From positions 1 to 64,000 of the forward strand of contig JAOAJX010000005.1 of NCBI GenBank assembly GCA_026413945.1: 64,000 nucleotides of DNA. The letters run 5' to 3'. Source of the DNA: Candidatus Iainarchaeum sp. (GTDB lineage: Archaea; Iainarchaeota; Iainarchaeia; Iainarchaeales; DTGL01). Each line of letters starts with the position of its first letter. Position 1 is the first letter of the stretch. A model generated the notes under the pieces. That model did no database searches. It was not told where the DNA came from and saw nothing but the letters and a program-made list of their open reading frames with translations. Positions 46,893-56,533 of the stretch are shown piece after piece. A program made the position numbers and the translations under genes.

Positions 46893-47354
46893 CTACAGCA
46901 TTCTCTCTATAAGCTCATTTATGTCTTCTCCACGATAGCCAAGGGCGCCACCAATGCTAAAGCTTTTCTTTATCCCTTTTCTGCCATATCCCTTACTTGG
47001 TGGTCTCATCCTTATTGGTATCTCAATTCCAATTTTTTTTATTTGAATATCACCATCAATGATTTTCTTTGCTAGTTCTTCAAAAGATCTTGCTTTATAC
47101 TTATCTAGTGTTTCTTTGCTAATTTTACCACCTCGCTTAAGAGTTGCCTTTTTTTCAATTATTTTTGCGAGGACTTCTGCGCTTATCTCACCCCAAGTTA
47201 TGTAGTTTTCAGCTTTCTTAAGCATCTTTACATTGCTGCTTTTCTCATCAAGAAGTACAAGATTGTTAGGTGCTATTAAGTTTAGCATCTTAAGCGTTCT
47301 TTTTGCCTCTTCCCTAACATGCACAGTCCCGCGTATTCTAATTGCTGCAATCAT
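46893..47354 (-). CDS. rpl30: 50S ribosomal protein uL30
   Basis: IRIRG, YITWGE and GGALGYRGE.IN.L..RM motifs. Confidence 0.95.
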   Translation of the reverse strand: MIAAIRIRGTVHVREEAKRTLKMLNLIAPNNLVLLDEKSSNVKMLKKAENYITWGEISAEVLAKIIEKKATLKRGGKISKETLDKYKARSFEELAKKIIDGDIQIKKIGIEIPIRMRPPSKGYGRKGIKKSFSIGGALGYRGEDINELIERML

Positions 47355-48028
47355 TTTGTCACCTTTTCGCGTCTTTCAGATAATGACTCTCTTTCTTTAA
47401 TTTTTGTGGTCTTTCTTAAAGCATCGATACAAGCACCAACAAAATTTAATTTTATGGGGGTATTGCCTTTTGTTTTACTCCAAACGTCTTTTATGCCAGC
47501 AAGCTCTAATACCGGCTTTACGTTTTTTCCAACTACCAAGCCAACCCCTTTTGGTGCCGGCATCAAAGTAATTCTAACCGAGGCACATTTACCAGTAACT
47601 TCGTATTTTATACTGTGTGGTTCACCGCAAGCACATTCCCAACTACCACAATATCTCTTTACAAGTATAAGGTTCATTTTCGCATTATATGTTGCCTTTT
47701 TCACAGCGGGCCATTTTTCTTTGTCCTTTGCTGTGCCAAATCCAACAATGCCATTTCTGTTACCAACTACAACTCCAACCCTAAAAGAGAATTTCCTTCC
47801 AGCACGTACCACGCGAGCTGTTTTTTGCACATCGACAACTGCGCTCTCCATGTTTGGTTCAAGATAGTCAACAATTTCTGCCTCCATTATGCGCTTGTTT
47901 GAAAGCAATATTTCCTCGAGTGATTTTATCTTACCATTAAGCACTTCTTTACCAAGATTGGTTTTTGGAATCCAATTCTCCAGTGTTTTTGTTTCAATTT
48001 CGCTAATCTCTTCTATGTTTTTTTCCAT
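47351..48028 (-). CDS. rps5: 30S ribosomal protein uS5
   Basis: W.PKT.LG, VGN.NG.VG.G, CGSWEC.C and PAPKG.GLV motifs. Confidence 0.95.
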   Translation of the reverse strand: MEKNIEEISEIETKTLENWIPKTNLGKEVLNGKIKSLEEILLSNKRIMEAEIVDYLEPNMESAVVDVQKTARVVRAGRKFSFRVGVVVGNRNGIVGFGTAKDKEKWPAVKKATYNAKMNLILVKRYCGSWECACGEPHSIKYEVTGKCASVRITLMPAPKGVGLVVGKNVKPVLELAGIKDVWSKTKGNTPIKLNFVGACIDALRKTTKIKERESLSERREKVTK

Positions 48029-48040
48029 CCAAAACCACCA

Positions 48041-48622
48041 CTATTTTTTTTGGAATTCTTTGTCGATAGATTCTTTTACTTTTTTAAAGAGCTCATTTAA
48101 CTTTGTTGGTTCTATATTTTTTCTAAAATATTCAGAAAATATTTTCTTACGCTCCTCTGGGCTTTTGCTAGAAGCAAAACTTTCTATGTGTTTTCCAGAG
48201 ATTGTACCCTCATCAGGTATGACTTCTTTTCTATGAGATACTGAAAGGCCACCATCCAAAGCACCTTTTAATGCAGCAAAACAGCTGCTTTTTCTTATTG
48301 GAGTGATTAAACCAATATCAAATACTGCTTCGTTTATGCCTTTGCTAAGACATTCTTTTGCTGCAATATATCCACAGAGATACGCAGTAGGCATATTTGC
48401 TTTGCCAAGCCACCCATATTTAGCTAGTCTTTTTGAATTTACATGCACTACAGTTCGGTCTCCTTCTGGATAATATTTTATTAACTGCACAATACAACTT
48501 TTGTTAGTTCTTCTAAATACAAGCCTATTTTTACCAGATTTTAGCAAAGCCAATCTCTTTATGTAATTTGTCTTCTTATTTCTCCTTCTTGCAAAAGGGA
48601 CTTTTCTCGTGCTTGTCATCAC
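48041..48622 (-). CDS. rpl18: 50S ribosomal protein uL18
   Basis: RRR..KTNY.KRL.LL.S...RLV.R and AYL.G motifs. Confidence 0.94.
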   Translation of the reverse strand: MMTSTRKVPFARRRNKKTNYIKRLALLKSGKNRLVFRRTNKSCIVQLIKYYPEGDRTVVHVNSKRLAKYGWLGKANMPTAYLCGYIAAKECLSKGINEAVFDIGLITPIRKSSCFAALKGALDGGLSVSHRKEVIPDEGTISGKHIESFASSKSPEERKKIFSEYFRKNIEPTKLNELFKKVKESIDKEFQKK

Positions 48623-49062
48623 TTACCCTCCCTAATGTAACGCTCCAAATGACTCTTGCTCTTAAAATACCCTCCTTTTATCATATTGTAAATTTTCCTA
48701 TAACCAATTTCTTTTAATTGATTTGGCATTTCTTTTCTGAGTTTTCTTAGCAGGCTTCTTTGCGCCCTTACATTTGCAATCCAACGCCGCTTCCCTTCTA
48801 TTCTTGCGCTTTTTTTACCTTTTCTCTTTCCTTTACCTTTCCTCCTTCCTTTCTCTTTTTGCATCTTTAGCTCCTTTGCACGACCCCTGCTCTGCCATTT
48901 TTTCTTTGTTTTCTTTAAAGTCCCTTTTCTTATTAGCTCTCGTATATCTTCTTTTGTTATCGCCTCTTTTACAGAGTTCAATTCCTGTGGGTTTACCCAA
49001 ATCTTACTTTTACCAACCTTCAAGAGCCTTGATGCAATTTCTTTAGCTTTTTCAGTCCTCAT
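48619..49062 (-). CDS. rpl19e: 50S ribosomal protein eL19
   Basis: LKVG..KIW, AIT.EDIR, SRGR and W...VRAQR motifs. Confidence 0.95.
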   Translation of the reverse strand: MRTEKAKEIASRLLKVGKSKIWVNPQELNSVKEAITKEDIRELIRKGTLKKTKKKWQSRGRAKELKMQKEKGRRKGKGKRKGKKSARIEGKRRWIANVRAQRSLLRKLRKEMPNQLKEIGYRKIYNMIKGGYFKSKSHLERYIREGK

Positions 49063-49068
49063 AAATTA

Positions 49069-49461
49069 TCACGCATTAACAACTCTCAGTTTTTTTTCCA
49101 TAGCCTTCTTTAGTAGCATCTCCCTTTTCTTCAACCCAATATTGCTAGAGATCCTAATAATACAATTTTTTTCTTTAATTTGCTCAAGATCCTTAATACT
49201 TCTCACAAGAACCTCTTTAAAGCCACTCGGATGAAGTCCCCTTATAATTTTTGGTGTTCTATAACCAGATTTAGGCTTCTTACCATCAGCTTTTTCAAAG
49301 TTAAAGTCAGCCCCTCTTGGGTAGCGCCATTTATTCCATTTTTCTTTACTTTTTCTTCTCACAGATCTTTTTCCGAAATGACCCCTAAATGTTGGCTTTT
49401 TCTTATTTTTTATAATTTTTTTTGTCTTTGAAATATTTTTATCTGTTATTTTCTTGGGCAT
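49069..49461 (-). CDS. rpl32e: 50S ribosomal protein eL32
   Basis: KP.F, WR.PRG and GY..P...RGLHPSG..EVLV motifs. Confidence 0.94.
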   Translation of the reverse strand: MPKKITDKNISKTKKIIKNKKKPTFRGHFGKRSVRRKSKEKWNKWRYPRGADFNFEKADGKKPKSGYRTPKIIRGLHPSGFKEVLVRSIKDLEQIKEKNCIIRISSNIGLKKREMLLKKAMEKKLRVVNA

Positions 49462-49468
49462 AAGGTTC

Positions 49469-50008
49469 TCACTCCGAATTCAATAGTTTTGTTTTCTGGA
49501 CAAGATATATGCTATCTTGAAATATCCTAAGGTCTTTTTTTGTAATTTTTGTTGCCTTTTCTATGTTAGCGGCAGTTTGTCCAACATGCTCTTTGTTAGT
49601 GCCTTTTATTACTATTTCTTTTCCTTTAAGCTCGACAGTCGTGTTCTCACCGACAATATTTGCTTTTCTTGGCTTTTTTTCTCCAAGAAAGTTGTTTATT
49701 ACTATCTCCCTTCCAGAGATCTGTACATTTGTTGGAAAGTGCACATGCACAATTTTCATCCTTGCTTCATAGCCGTATTTAAGACCCAAAATAATGTTTT
49801 CTATACATTTCTCAGTTGTGTTAACTATTGCAGTTGTCTTTCTTTTCTGGTTTTTGCCCTTTATAAGAATTTCGTTTCCCTCTTTGCTTATTTCAATGAC
49901 TCTAGCTCTGAAGCTTTTGCTCTCCTTTTTATCGTTATACGCTATGCTTACTACGTTGTTTGATACTTCTGCTTCGAATCCATTTGGAACTAAAACTCTT
50001 CTTTCCAT
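49469..50008 (-). CDS. rpl6: 50S ribosomal protein uL6
   Basis: HFP, I.NFLGEK.PR, VGQTAANIE and D.R.FQD.IY motifs. Confidence 0.95.
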   Translation of the reverse strand: MERRVLVPNGFEAEVSNNVVSIAYNDKKESKSFRARVIEISKEGNEILIKGKNQKRKTTAIVNTTEKCIENIILGLKYGYEARMKIVHVHFPTNVQISGREIVINNFLGEKKPRKANIVGENTTVELKGKEIVIKGTNKEHVGQTAANIEKATKITKKDLRIFQDSIYLVQKTKLLNSE

Positions 50009-50017
50009 TTTTTCACC

Positions 50018-50407
50018 TTAATAAACATAAGCCAATAGTCTTCCGCCAAGACCTTTTTCCTTTGCTTCATGATGAGTCATTATGCCTTTTGAAGTGCTTA
50101 CTATCAATATTCCAATCTCTCTGCTTGGTAAATATCTCTTTTCAAACTTCTCAAACTCGTGCTTTTTTGTTTTATATCTCGGCTTTATTGCTTTACACTC
50201 GTTTATCGTGTGCGCAAGTTTGATCACAAAGTAACCTCCTTTTTTGTCATCAACGTACCTATAGTCTAAAATATAGTTGTTTTTCTTCATTATTTCCAGT
50301 ATTTTGCCAAGCAGATTTGATGTTGGCCTACATATACATTCTTCCTTTGCCGCCCTTTCACTGTTCTTTATGTTTATTAATGCGTTTGCTACAGTATCAA
50401 GCTGCAT
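50018..50407 (-). CDS. rps8: 30S ribosomal protein uS8
   Basis: ANAL..I.N.E, IKPR, EKRYLP and STS.G.MTH.EA...GGRLLAY motifs. Confidence 0.95.
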   Translation of the reverse strand: MQLDTVANALINIKNSERAAKEECICRPTSNLLGKILEIMKKNNYILDYRYVDDKKGGYFVIKLAHTINECKAIKPRYKTKKHEFEKFEKRYLPSREIGILIVSTSKGIMTHHEAKEKGLGGRLLAYVY

Positions 50408-50416
50408 GTTTTTCAC

Positions 50417-50566
50417 CTAATCATATTTTCTAAAGCCTATTTTTTCAGCATTGTGCTTAAAGCAACGCCAGCACATCACTAGGCCGTAGCGATTCATTAC
50501 GCCGGCATATGTACCACAGACTGAGCACTTTTTTCTCCATTTTCTTCTCACTGTTTTTTTGCTCAT
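50417..50566 (-). CDS. rps14: 30S ribosomal protein uS14
   Basis: Hand translation MSKKTVRRKWRKKCSVCG...YGLVMCWRCF...AEKIGFRKYD (49 aa). Confidence 0.92.
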   Translation of the reverse strand: MSKKTVRRKWRKKCSVCGTYAGVMNRYGLVMCWRCFKHNAEKIGFRKYD

Positions 50567-51069
50567 TCGCTCACCCTTATCCCAAGTTTTTTTGTGACAT
50601 ATTCAATGGCTTCTTCCTTTGTAATTCTGTGCTTTTTACCAACCTTATTTTTGCAATATCTCCTGAATTTGACCCTATAGCCACGCCTTTTCAATGCAAC
50701 AATCACATCAAAACCAAAAACACCAAGTTGTGGATTGTATTTTGTACCTGGCAATTCAATGTGTTCTTTTATTCCAAAAGCAAAATTGCCGTTTTCATCA
50801 AATTGGCTTTTCCTTATCTTAAAACCCTTGGCAGAAAGTGCTCTCTTAAGAAACGAAATTGCCTTGTCTTTTCTCAGCGTTGTCTTAACTCCGATCTCAA
50901 GGCCAGGCCTAATGCCCCACTTTGGTTGCCTAACTTTGGCCTTTGTTCTAACTGCTTTTGCTCCAGTTATCTCTTCGAGCACTTTATGCGCTTTTTGTAG
51001 CTTTTCGCCTGATTCGCCTACGCCTATGTTAATAACAACTTTGTCAACCATTATTTCGCGCATATCCAT
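50563..51069 (-). CDS. rpl5: 50S ribosomal protein uL5
   Basis: KVVINIGVGESG..L, IG.K.TLR and FD..GNF.FGI.EHI motifs. Confidence 0.95.
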   Translation of the reverse strand: MDMREIMVDKVVINIGVGESGEKLQKAHKVLEEITGAKAVRTKAKVRQPKWGIRPGLEIGVKTTLRKDKAISFLKRALSAKGFKIRKSQFDENGNFAFGIKEHIELPGTKYNPQLGVFGFDVIVALKRRGYRVKFRRYCKNKVGKKHRITKEEAIEYVTKKLGIRVSE

Positions 51070-51079
51070 AAAATCACTC

Positions 51080-51784
51080 TTATTCTATTACAACAACATT
51101 TTTTGCAGTTGTTTCGAACTCATTTTGGCCTTGTTTTATAATTACCACTCTGCTACTTTTAGCAGTACCTGGCTTGATGCTAGTTATAATTGCTTGCTTA
51201 CTAACATGCGGGCCAGCGATTATGTAAACTTTTGCCCCAACTTCCATCTTTTTTAGTTCTTTTATCTCATCTTCTGGTATTTTTATAAGCAAAGTATCAT
51301 TCGGCTTTGCTTCTATAGCTAGTTTACCTTCCACAAGATAGTTGTTTCCGCTATCTGTTGTTAACTTAATTATGCCTTTTTTTTCAACAGTTTTTCTGAC
51401 AATTTTTGAAGGCCTTATGCACTCTACATTTTTCTTTTCTACTTTCTCAGGATAAAGCCGCCCTTTTGTATCAAAGAGTATCTTATATTCGTTGTTGAGC
51501 CCCTCAATTGAAACAAAATCAAAAAGTCCAACCGGAAAACGCAAGGATTTTCTTATTTTTCCATTTATTCTAACCTTTCCTTCGTTTAATATCTTTTTAG
51601 CTTCTGCTGCACTCGAAGCTACTTTTAAGCAATCTCTCAATATATAACCAATAGGTACTGAGCGCTCTTTGCTATGGGGGCCAACTTCTGGGCTTAGAGT
51701 AAATTTTTTCTCTTTCTTAAACAAATGCATTGTCTTAGGCGCTTTGTGCCTCTTTACTCTTTTGTCACCACCTTTTTTAGCCAT
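51080..51784 (-). CDS. rps4e: 30S ribosomal protein eS4
   Basis: KR..AP, GPH...S.P...LRD and FPVGLFD motifs. Confidence 0.93.
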   Translation of the reverse strand: MAKKGGDKRVKRHKAPKTMHLFKKEKKFTLSPEVGPHSKERSVPIGYILRDCLKVASSAAEAKKILNEGKVRINGKIRKSLRFPVGLFDFVSIEGLNNEYKILFDTKGRLYPEKVEKKNVECIRPSKIVRKTVEKKGIIKLTTDSGNNYLVEGKLAIEAKPNDTLLIKIPEDEIKELKKMEVGAKVYIIAGPHVSKQAIITSIKPGTAKSSRVVIIKQGQNEFETTAKNVVVIE

Positions 51785-51788
51785 GTGC

Positions 51789-52136
51789 TCACCTCTTCTT
51801 TAACCTCTTTTCATCAGCTCTTTCAAGTGATGTTATTATGAGGTTTGAGGCATGTATTGGAACTTGAACTTCGGACCCATTAGCTTTCTTCCTAACAATC
51901 TTTTCGATGTATACGAAACCTTTTCTCAAGTCAACCTTAGAGACTTTCCCACTTTTGCTCTTGAACGAACCTCTTACTATCTTCACAGTGTCCCCCTTCC
52001 TAACAGGTAGGCTTCTTCTTTTGAATTCATCTCTAAGCTCTTTGCTAAGATGCGCTGAAACAATTTTTTTCCTTTGATGTAATGGCATTTCCTTAATTTT
52101 CTTCCTTTGCTTTTCCGGCTTTTTTGATTTAACCAT
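51789..52136 (-). CDS. rpl24: 50S ribosomal protein uL24
   Basis: LSKELR...RSLPVRKGD.V...RG and PIHASN motifs. Confidence 0.95.
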   Translation of the reverse strand: MVKSKKPEKQRKKIKEMPLHQRKKIVSAHLSKELRDEFKRRSLPVRKGDTVKIVRGSFKSKSGKVSKVDLRKGFVYIEKIVRKKANGSEVQVPIHASNLIITSLERADEKRLKKR

Positions 52137-52144
52137 ATGGACAC

Positions 52145-52543
52145 CTATACTATTTGCTGAGCAATACCTGCAAGCTTAGGCCACCTTTCTGCTGCTTCTT
52201 TTGCTATGGGTCCTTTTATCTCAGTCGCTTTAGGCATTCCCTTTTCATCTATGAGCGCGACAGCATTATCCTCAAACTTTATCCTAGTACCATCAGCACG
52301 CCTATATTCCTTTTTGATTCTTACAATCACTGCTCTTTCCACCTTTTTCCTTATATCCGGTTTTCCCTTCTTCACGACAACTATCACAAGATCAGCAATT
52401 CCAGCCTTTGGGTTCATCCTTTTCTTTGTTTTGTGACCTATAACTGATATTATTTCAACCTCTTTTGCCCCAGAGTTGTCTGCACAAACACATCTGCTTT
52501 TTTGTGTGAGACTTCTTACCTGCACTGCACTTATTGCCTTCAT
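52145..52543 (-). CDS. rpl14: 50S ribosomal protein uL14
   Basis: CADNSGAK, V.KGKP..RK, FEDNA and GPIAKEAAERWP motifs. Confidence 0.96.
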   Translation of the reverse strand: MKAISAVQVRSLTQKSRCVCADNSGAKEVEIISVIGHKTKKRMNPKAGIADLVIVVVKKGKPDIRKKVERAVIVRIKKEYRRADGTRIKFEDNAVALIDEKGMPKATEIKGPIAKEAAERWPKLAGIAQQIV

Positions 52544-52851
52544 TTTTTATCACTCAAAATTTTCAATACAACAAATGATTTGTGTTTGCTTAACTTTCTC
52601 GTTTCGCCTATAAGAACATGGTCACCAACTTTAGCGTTTATGCAATCGGGGTTGTGAGCATGAATTCTGGATCTTGCTTTTGCATATCTTTCATATTTTT
52701 TTATATATTTTATAAGAGGCCTTTCAACAGTAACTGTTTTCTTAGTCTTAGCGCTTACAACTTTACCTTCGAGATAGTCCCCGCGTACATTAATTTTTCC
52801 GTGATATGGGCACTTTTTGTCGGTGCATACATTTTCAGCCATTTTATTCAC
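52540..52851 (-). CDS. rps17: 30S ribosomal protein uS17
   Basis: C.D.KCPYHG, KYERY and GETR.LSK.K.F motifs. Confidence 0.95.
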   Translation of the reverse strand: MNKMAENVCTDKKCPYHGKINVRGDYLEGKVVSAKTKKTVTVERPLIKYIKKYERYAKARSRIHAHNPDCINAKVGDHVLIGETRKLSKHKSFVVLKILSDKK

Positions 52852-53113
52852 CCCAACATCTCTTTATCCTGTCCTCTGGTCTGAACAACATCTTCCTGCA
52901 ATCCAAAATAATTTTTTCACCACAATCTTCAACCTCAATCACAATTTCTGCCTTTGGCAGAACCTTTTTTTCACCCTTGTTTTCGATAATTAAAGTATTT
53001 TTAGTTTCATCTATTATTACACCCGTTAAGCCAACACGCCCTTTGTCAGTACTTTCCAAAACTTTTGCCTTAAGCCCGATAATTTCTTTTACCAATGCCT
53101 TATTCTTAGCCAT
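52844..53113 (-). CDS. rnp1: RNase P protein Rpp29/Pop4
   Basis: E.IGL...V, G..G.IIDETKNTL.I and RPEDR motifs. Confidence 0.92.
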   Translation of the reverse strand: MAKNKALVKEIIGLKAKVLESTDKGRVGLTGVIIDETKNTLIIENKGEKKVLPKAEIVIEVEDCGEKIILDCRKMLFRPEDRIKRCWGE

Positions 53114-53116
53114 ATT

Positions 53117-53419
53117 TTAACCTTCAAGCAAAGCTTCGTTATAGCCAATTTTTTTCAAAAGCTCTTTGGCTCTATCTTTTTGATTACCCTGTAGCTCAAT
53201 TACACCATTCTTCACAGTGCCTCCACAAGCAAGTTTTTTTCTCATCTCTTTTGCAATCCCTTCAATATCGACACTTTTGTCGAACCCTGTTATCAGCGTT
53301 ACCATTTTTCCAAAATGCCTCTTTGTAACCTGTATTCTAACTTTCTGTTGCTCCTTTGCGATTTCCCCGCATACACATAACTCCCTCGGTTGCCCACACT
53401 TTGGGCAGATATCAGGCAT
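53117..53419 (-). CDS. Translation initiation factor aIF1 (SUI1)
   Basis: C..CG.P.ELC.C and LACGGT.K.G.IELQG motifs. Confidence 0.93.
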   Translation of the reverse strand: MPDICPKCGQPRELCVCGEIAKEQQKVRIQVTKRHFGKMVTLITGFDKSVDIEGIAKEMRKKLACGGTVKNGVIELQGNQKDRAKELLKKIGYNEALLEG

Positions 53420-53421
53420 AC

Positions 53422-53667
53422 CTATTTTTCCACCTCCTTTTTATTGGCATTCTCCTCCAAACTTTTTCCTGCAATCGCAATCTTCCTTTCGTTAATAACT
53501 GTGAGTATTCTTGCAATATCTCTTCTCAGATTTTTTATTTTGGACGGTTTTTCAGATCTTGTTTTGGAAGCCACAGTTGCCTTTTCTTTTGAAAGCTCGC
53601 GCTTCAATGATGTCAGTTTTTCTAAAAGTTCATCATCGCTTAGTGCTCTTATTTCAGATGCTTTCAT
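53422..53667 (-). CDS. rpl29: 50S ribosomal protein uL29
   Basis: MKASEIR.LS and IK.LRRDIARILT motifs. Confidence 0.92.
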   Translation of the reverse strand: MKASEIRALSDDELLEKLTSLKRELSKEKATVASKTRSEKPSKIKNLRRDIARILTVINERKIAIAGKSLEENANKKEVEK

Positions 53668-54463
53668 TCGGTACACCCTTATTGTTGCTTTTAGCCTCAA
53701 CTAATTCTGTTGCCTCTTCTTTCACTTCCTCGGCAACACCTTCTTTGTTTTGTGTTTCTATCTTTGGTTTTTCGCTTACTTCTGTATTTTCGCTTTCTGT
53801 CTTAGTTTCAACACCTTCTTTATTTTCAATAACTTTTTCATTATCTTTTACATCGACTTTTCCTTTTACAATATCACTTATCTTTCTTTTATCTGGGAAT
53901 ACAATACCGGGCCTTATAATCCTAACTTTAATTCCTATTGCTCCTATCTTTGGTACTGCAACACCTTTTGCATAATCAACGAGATAAGCCTGTTCTCCAG
54001 CTTTTTTCATATAGCCTTTTGCAATCCTTTCATGTTTGGCTCTATTGCCTTTGCCAGCTAATACTCCTTGGAGTACAACTTCTATACCTTGAGCACCATT
54101 GGAGATTGCATCCTCAACAACTCTATAAACAACACTTCTCCAAGAATATCCTTTCTCAATGAGTGTTTTTATTCTATCAACACATGCCTTTGCATTTAGC
54201 TCTGGGTTATTAATTCCTTGTACTTCTATTTGCGGATTTTCATATCCAAACTTTTCTTCAAGTTCTTTTGTTAGATTTTTTATTGCCTTTCCCTTTTTTC
54301 CTATTGCTATGCCTGGTCTAGTTACAATTATGATTACCCTTGTAGCAATTGGGGTCTTTACGACATCTACTCCTATAAAGCCAGCAGATCTAAGCTCCGG
54401 CTCTAAGTATTTTTCTAACATCATTTTCTTGAGCCCTTGTTGTATAAAGTGCTTTTCTATCAT
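53654..54463 (-). CDS. rps3: 30S ribosomal protein uS3
   Basis: RPG..IG.KG, PEL.A and GA.G.E motifs; acidic C-terminal tail. Confidence 0.94.
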   Translation of the reverse strand: MIEKHFIQQGLKKMMLEKYLEPELRSAGFIGVDVVKTPIATRVIIIVTRPGIAIGKKGKAIKNLTKELEEKFGYENPQIEVQGINNPELNAKACVDRIKTLIEKGYSWRSVVYRVVEDAISNGAQGIEVVLQGVLAGKGNRAKHERIAKGYMKKAGEQAYLVDYAKGVAVPKIGAIGIKVRIIRPGIVFPDKRKISDIVKGKVDVKDNEKVIENKEGVETKTESENTEVSEKPKIETQNKEGVAEEVKEEATELVEAKSNNKGVPNESI

Positions 54464-54975
54464 GATTTAACCTCTTGAAGTACAATCTCAATATGAGTGC
54501 TTTTTTTCCTACGTCTCTTGCCTGCTATCCTGCCTTTGGGCTGCATTGAAAAGCGCCTATATCCCTGACAAGCAAATAGATGCTTTATTATAAGCTTTTC
54601 AGGGTCAAGGCCTTTGTTTTCAGCATTTGCTTTTGCATAAGAAATTAATTCGAGGAAAACCATGCAAGCTTTTATTGGGTAGCGCCCAGCTTTTTGACCT
54701 TTTAATGCGTTTCCTTTTCTATGTGGCACTTTCTTGTGGTACTTCTTTAAAGGCAAGTATCGCTTCATTTCGACTATTTCTCGCAATATTTTCTCAGCTT
54801 TTGCGACAGGAAGGCCTTTTAGCTGATTGCACATCTCTGTTGCATATTTCAGGCTTATAGGCCTATTCTTAAGCATGGCTTTTGCCGTGCTTGCTTCATT
54901 ATAATCCTTTATCTGATAGCCCTTTTTTACCAAACTATCACTTCCTTGCAATTGCTGTACTTGACCTTGTTGCAC
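54460..54975 (-). CDS. rpl22: 50S ribosomal protein uL22
   Basis: IS.K, GRYP.KA, ANAE.KGL and HIEIVL motifs. Confidence 0.94.
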   Translation of the reverse strand: MQQGQVQQLQGSDSLVKKGYQIKDYNEASTAKAMLKNRPISLKYATEMCNQLKGLPVAKAEKILREIVEMKRYLPLKKYHKKVPHRKGNALKGQKAGRYPIKACMVFLELISYAKANAENKGLDPEKLIIKHLFACQGYRRFSMQPKGRIAGKRRRKKSTHIEIVLQEVKS

Positions 54976-55342
54976 CTATGCCAGCTTTTCCGTGCTTTAG
55001 CCTTTTTCTTGTAAGTGCAAATTCTCCAAGATAATGCCCCAACATTTCAGGTACAATCTCTACTACTGTGAACTCCTTCCCGTTGTAAACACCAAACTTA
55101 AGTCCAAGCATTTGTGGCACTATTATGGTGTCCCGTCTATGCGTTCTTATTGGCTTTACATCTTTCACATTTTTTTCAATTAGCTTCCTAGCTTCCAATA
55201 TTCTCTTCTCAAGACCTTTATCTATTCCATGACGCAATAAACTTCTCCTTGCCCTTGAGTTACACAGTGCTGCAAACTCTTGATATGTCATATTTTTCAT
55301 TTCTTCAATTGTTTTTCCCCTATATGTAAAGGTCTTTTCCAA
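54938..55342 (-). CDS. rps19: 30S ribosomal protein uS19
   Basis: FTYRG, RTH.RD, YNGKEF, EMLGHYLGEF and GIGATRSS motifs; TTG start after GGTGA. Confidence 0.95.
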   Translation of the reverse strand: MEKTFTYRGKTIEEMKNMTYQEFAALCNSRARRSLLRHGIDKGLEKRILEARKLIEKNVKDVKPIRTHRRDTIIVPQMLGLKFGVYNGKEFTVVEIVPEMLGHYLGEFALTRKRLKHGKAGIGATRSSTAIARK

Positions 55343-55355
55343 AGTATTCACCTTT

Positions 55356-56075
55356 TTACTTCTTGCGTCTTCCAGTCCTTTTAGCGGCAATCTGCCCGAC
55401 TTTTCTTCCTGGTGGTGCACCACGCTTCACACTTTTGCTTTTTCCAACATGGTGTTGTGAACCACCGAATGGATGATCAATTGGATTCATTGCAACACCC
55501 CTTACTCTAAAAGATTTCTTGCCTTTTGCCCTGTAATGATGGTATGCTTTACCAGCCTTCACAAAAGGCTTCTCAACCCTTTCTCCACAACTTAAGCAAC
55601 CGATCGTAGCGTAGCAGACCACAGGAATCTCTCTGGATTTACCAGAAGGCATCTTTATCACAGCTTTATCTCCTCTTTTTTCAACCAAAAGTGCATAACC
55701 TCCAGAAGACCTCACAAGCTTACCCCCATCACCTGGCTCAATTTCAATGTTGAATACTGGACAACCTTCAGGTATGTTTTTAAGTGGGAGGATGTTACCC
55801 AAAGAAATTTCAGCATTTTCACCTATTTCTATGTTTTCTCCTTCGAACACTCCTTCTGGTGCAAGCATATAAAAATCCTTTCCATTCTCAAGTCTAACTT
55901 TTGCTACAACCACATCCCTAGCAGGCTCTTTGAGTAGCTCAATTATTTGCCCTTTAATGTTTTCATTATGGATATTTGCATACTTAACATCTATACGCCC
56001 AAGCTTCCTTGCTTTATAAGGCGGCCCACCTTTTCCAAGCCTTTGAGCTCTAATTCTTTTACCCATAATAATCAC
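55356..56075 (-). CDS. rpl2: 50S ribosomal protein uL2
   Basis: MGKRI..QR.G, PGDGGKLVRSSG and VRGVAMN..DHPFGG motifs. Confidence 0.96.
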   Translation of the reverse strand: MIIMGKRIRAQRLGKGGPPYKARKLGRIDVKYANIHNENIKGQIIELLKEPARDVVVAKVRLENGKDFYMLAPEGVFEGENIEIGENAEISLGNILPLKNIPEGCPVFNIEIEPGDGGKLVRSSGGYALLVEKRGDKAVIKMPSGKSREIPVVCYATIGCLSCGERVEKPFVKAGKAYHHYRAKGKKSFRVRGVAMNPIDHPFGGSQHHVGKSKSVKRGAPPGRKVGQIAAKRTGRRKK

Positions 56076-56533
56076 AGCAACCCAAGCTTCATTGCTATAT
56101 CACTTGCTTTATAATTTTTACTAATCTTTATTATCGCTTTCTTTTGGCCTCTCATATCATTTATTATGTTTACTTTGTCTACCTTTACCTTGAATTCTTC
56201 TTCAAAAAGCTTTTTTACTTTGGCTTTGCTAACTTCTTTCTTTGTTATGAAAGTTATTTTGTTTTCTTTCTCAACCATATCAACTGCTTTTTCAGAAACA
56301 AGAGGCCTTACCATAAAATCCAGGAAGTTTGACGGCTTTTCTTCTGAGTTTTTTCTCTTATCTGCAATATCACTCACTTTTACTTCTTCATGCACCATTT
56401 TATCTGCAAAATCTTCCTTTTTAGTAACTACTGACTTCAACTTTTCGGATGCTTCTTTTTTACCTTTCTTACGACTTTTTCCCATAACTTCTTTTGTTAT
56501 GGCTTTGTCAGCATCTTTTTTCATTTCAACCAC
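56072..56533 (-). CDS. rpl23: 50S ribosomal protein uL23 with a charged N-terminal extension
   Basis: P..SEKA...E.ENK..F, VKV.KVN and KKA motifs in the last ~85 aa. Confidence 0.9.
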   Translation of the reverse strand: MVEMKKDADKAITKEVMGKSRKKGKKEASEKLKSVVTKKEDFADKMVHEEVKVSDIADKRKNSEEKPSNFLDFMVRPLVSEKAVDMVEKENKITFITKKEVSKAKVKKLFEEEFKVKVDKVNIINDMRGQKKAIIKISKNYKASDIAMKLGLL

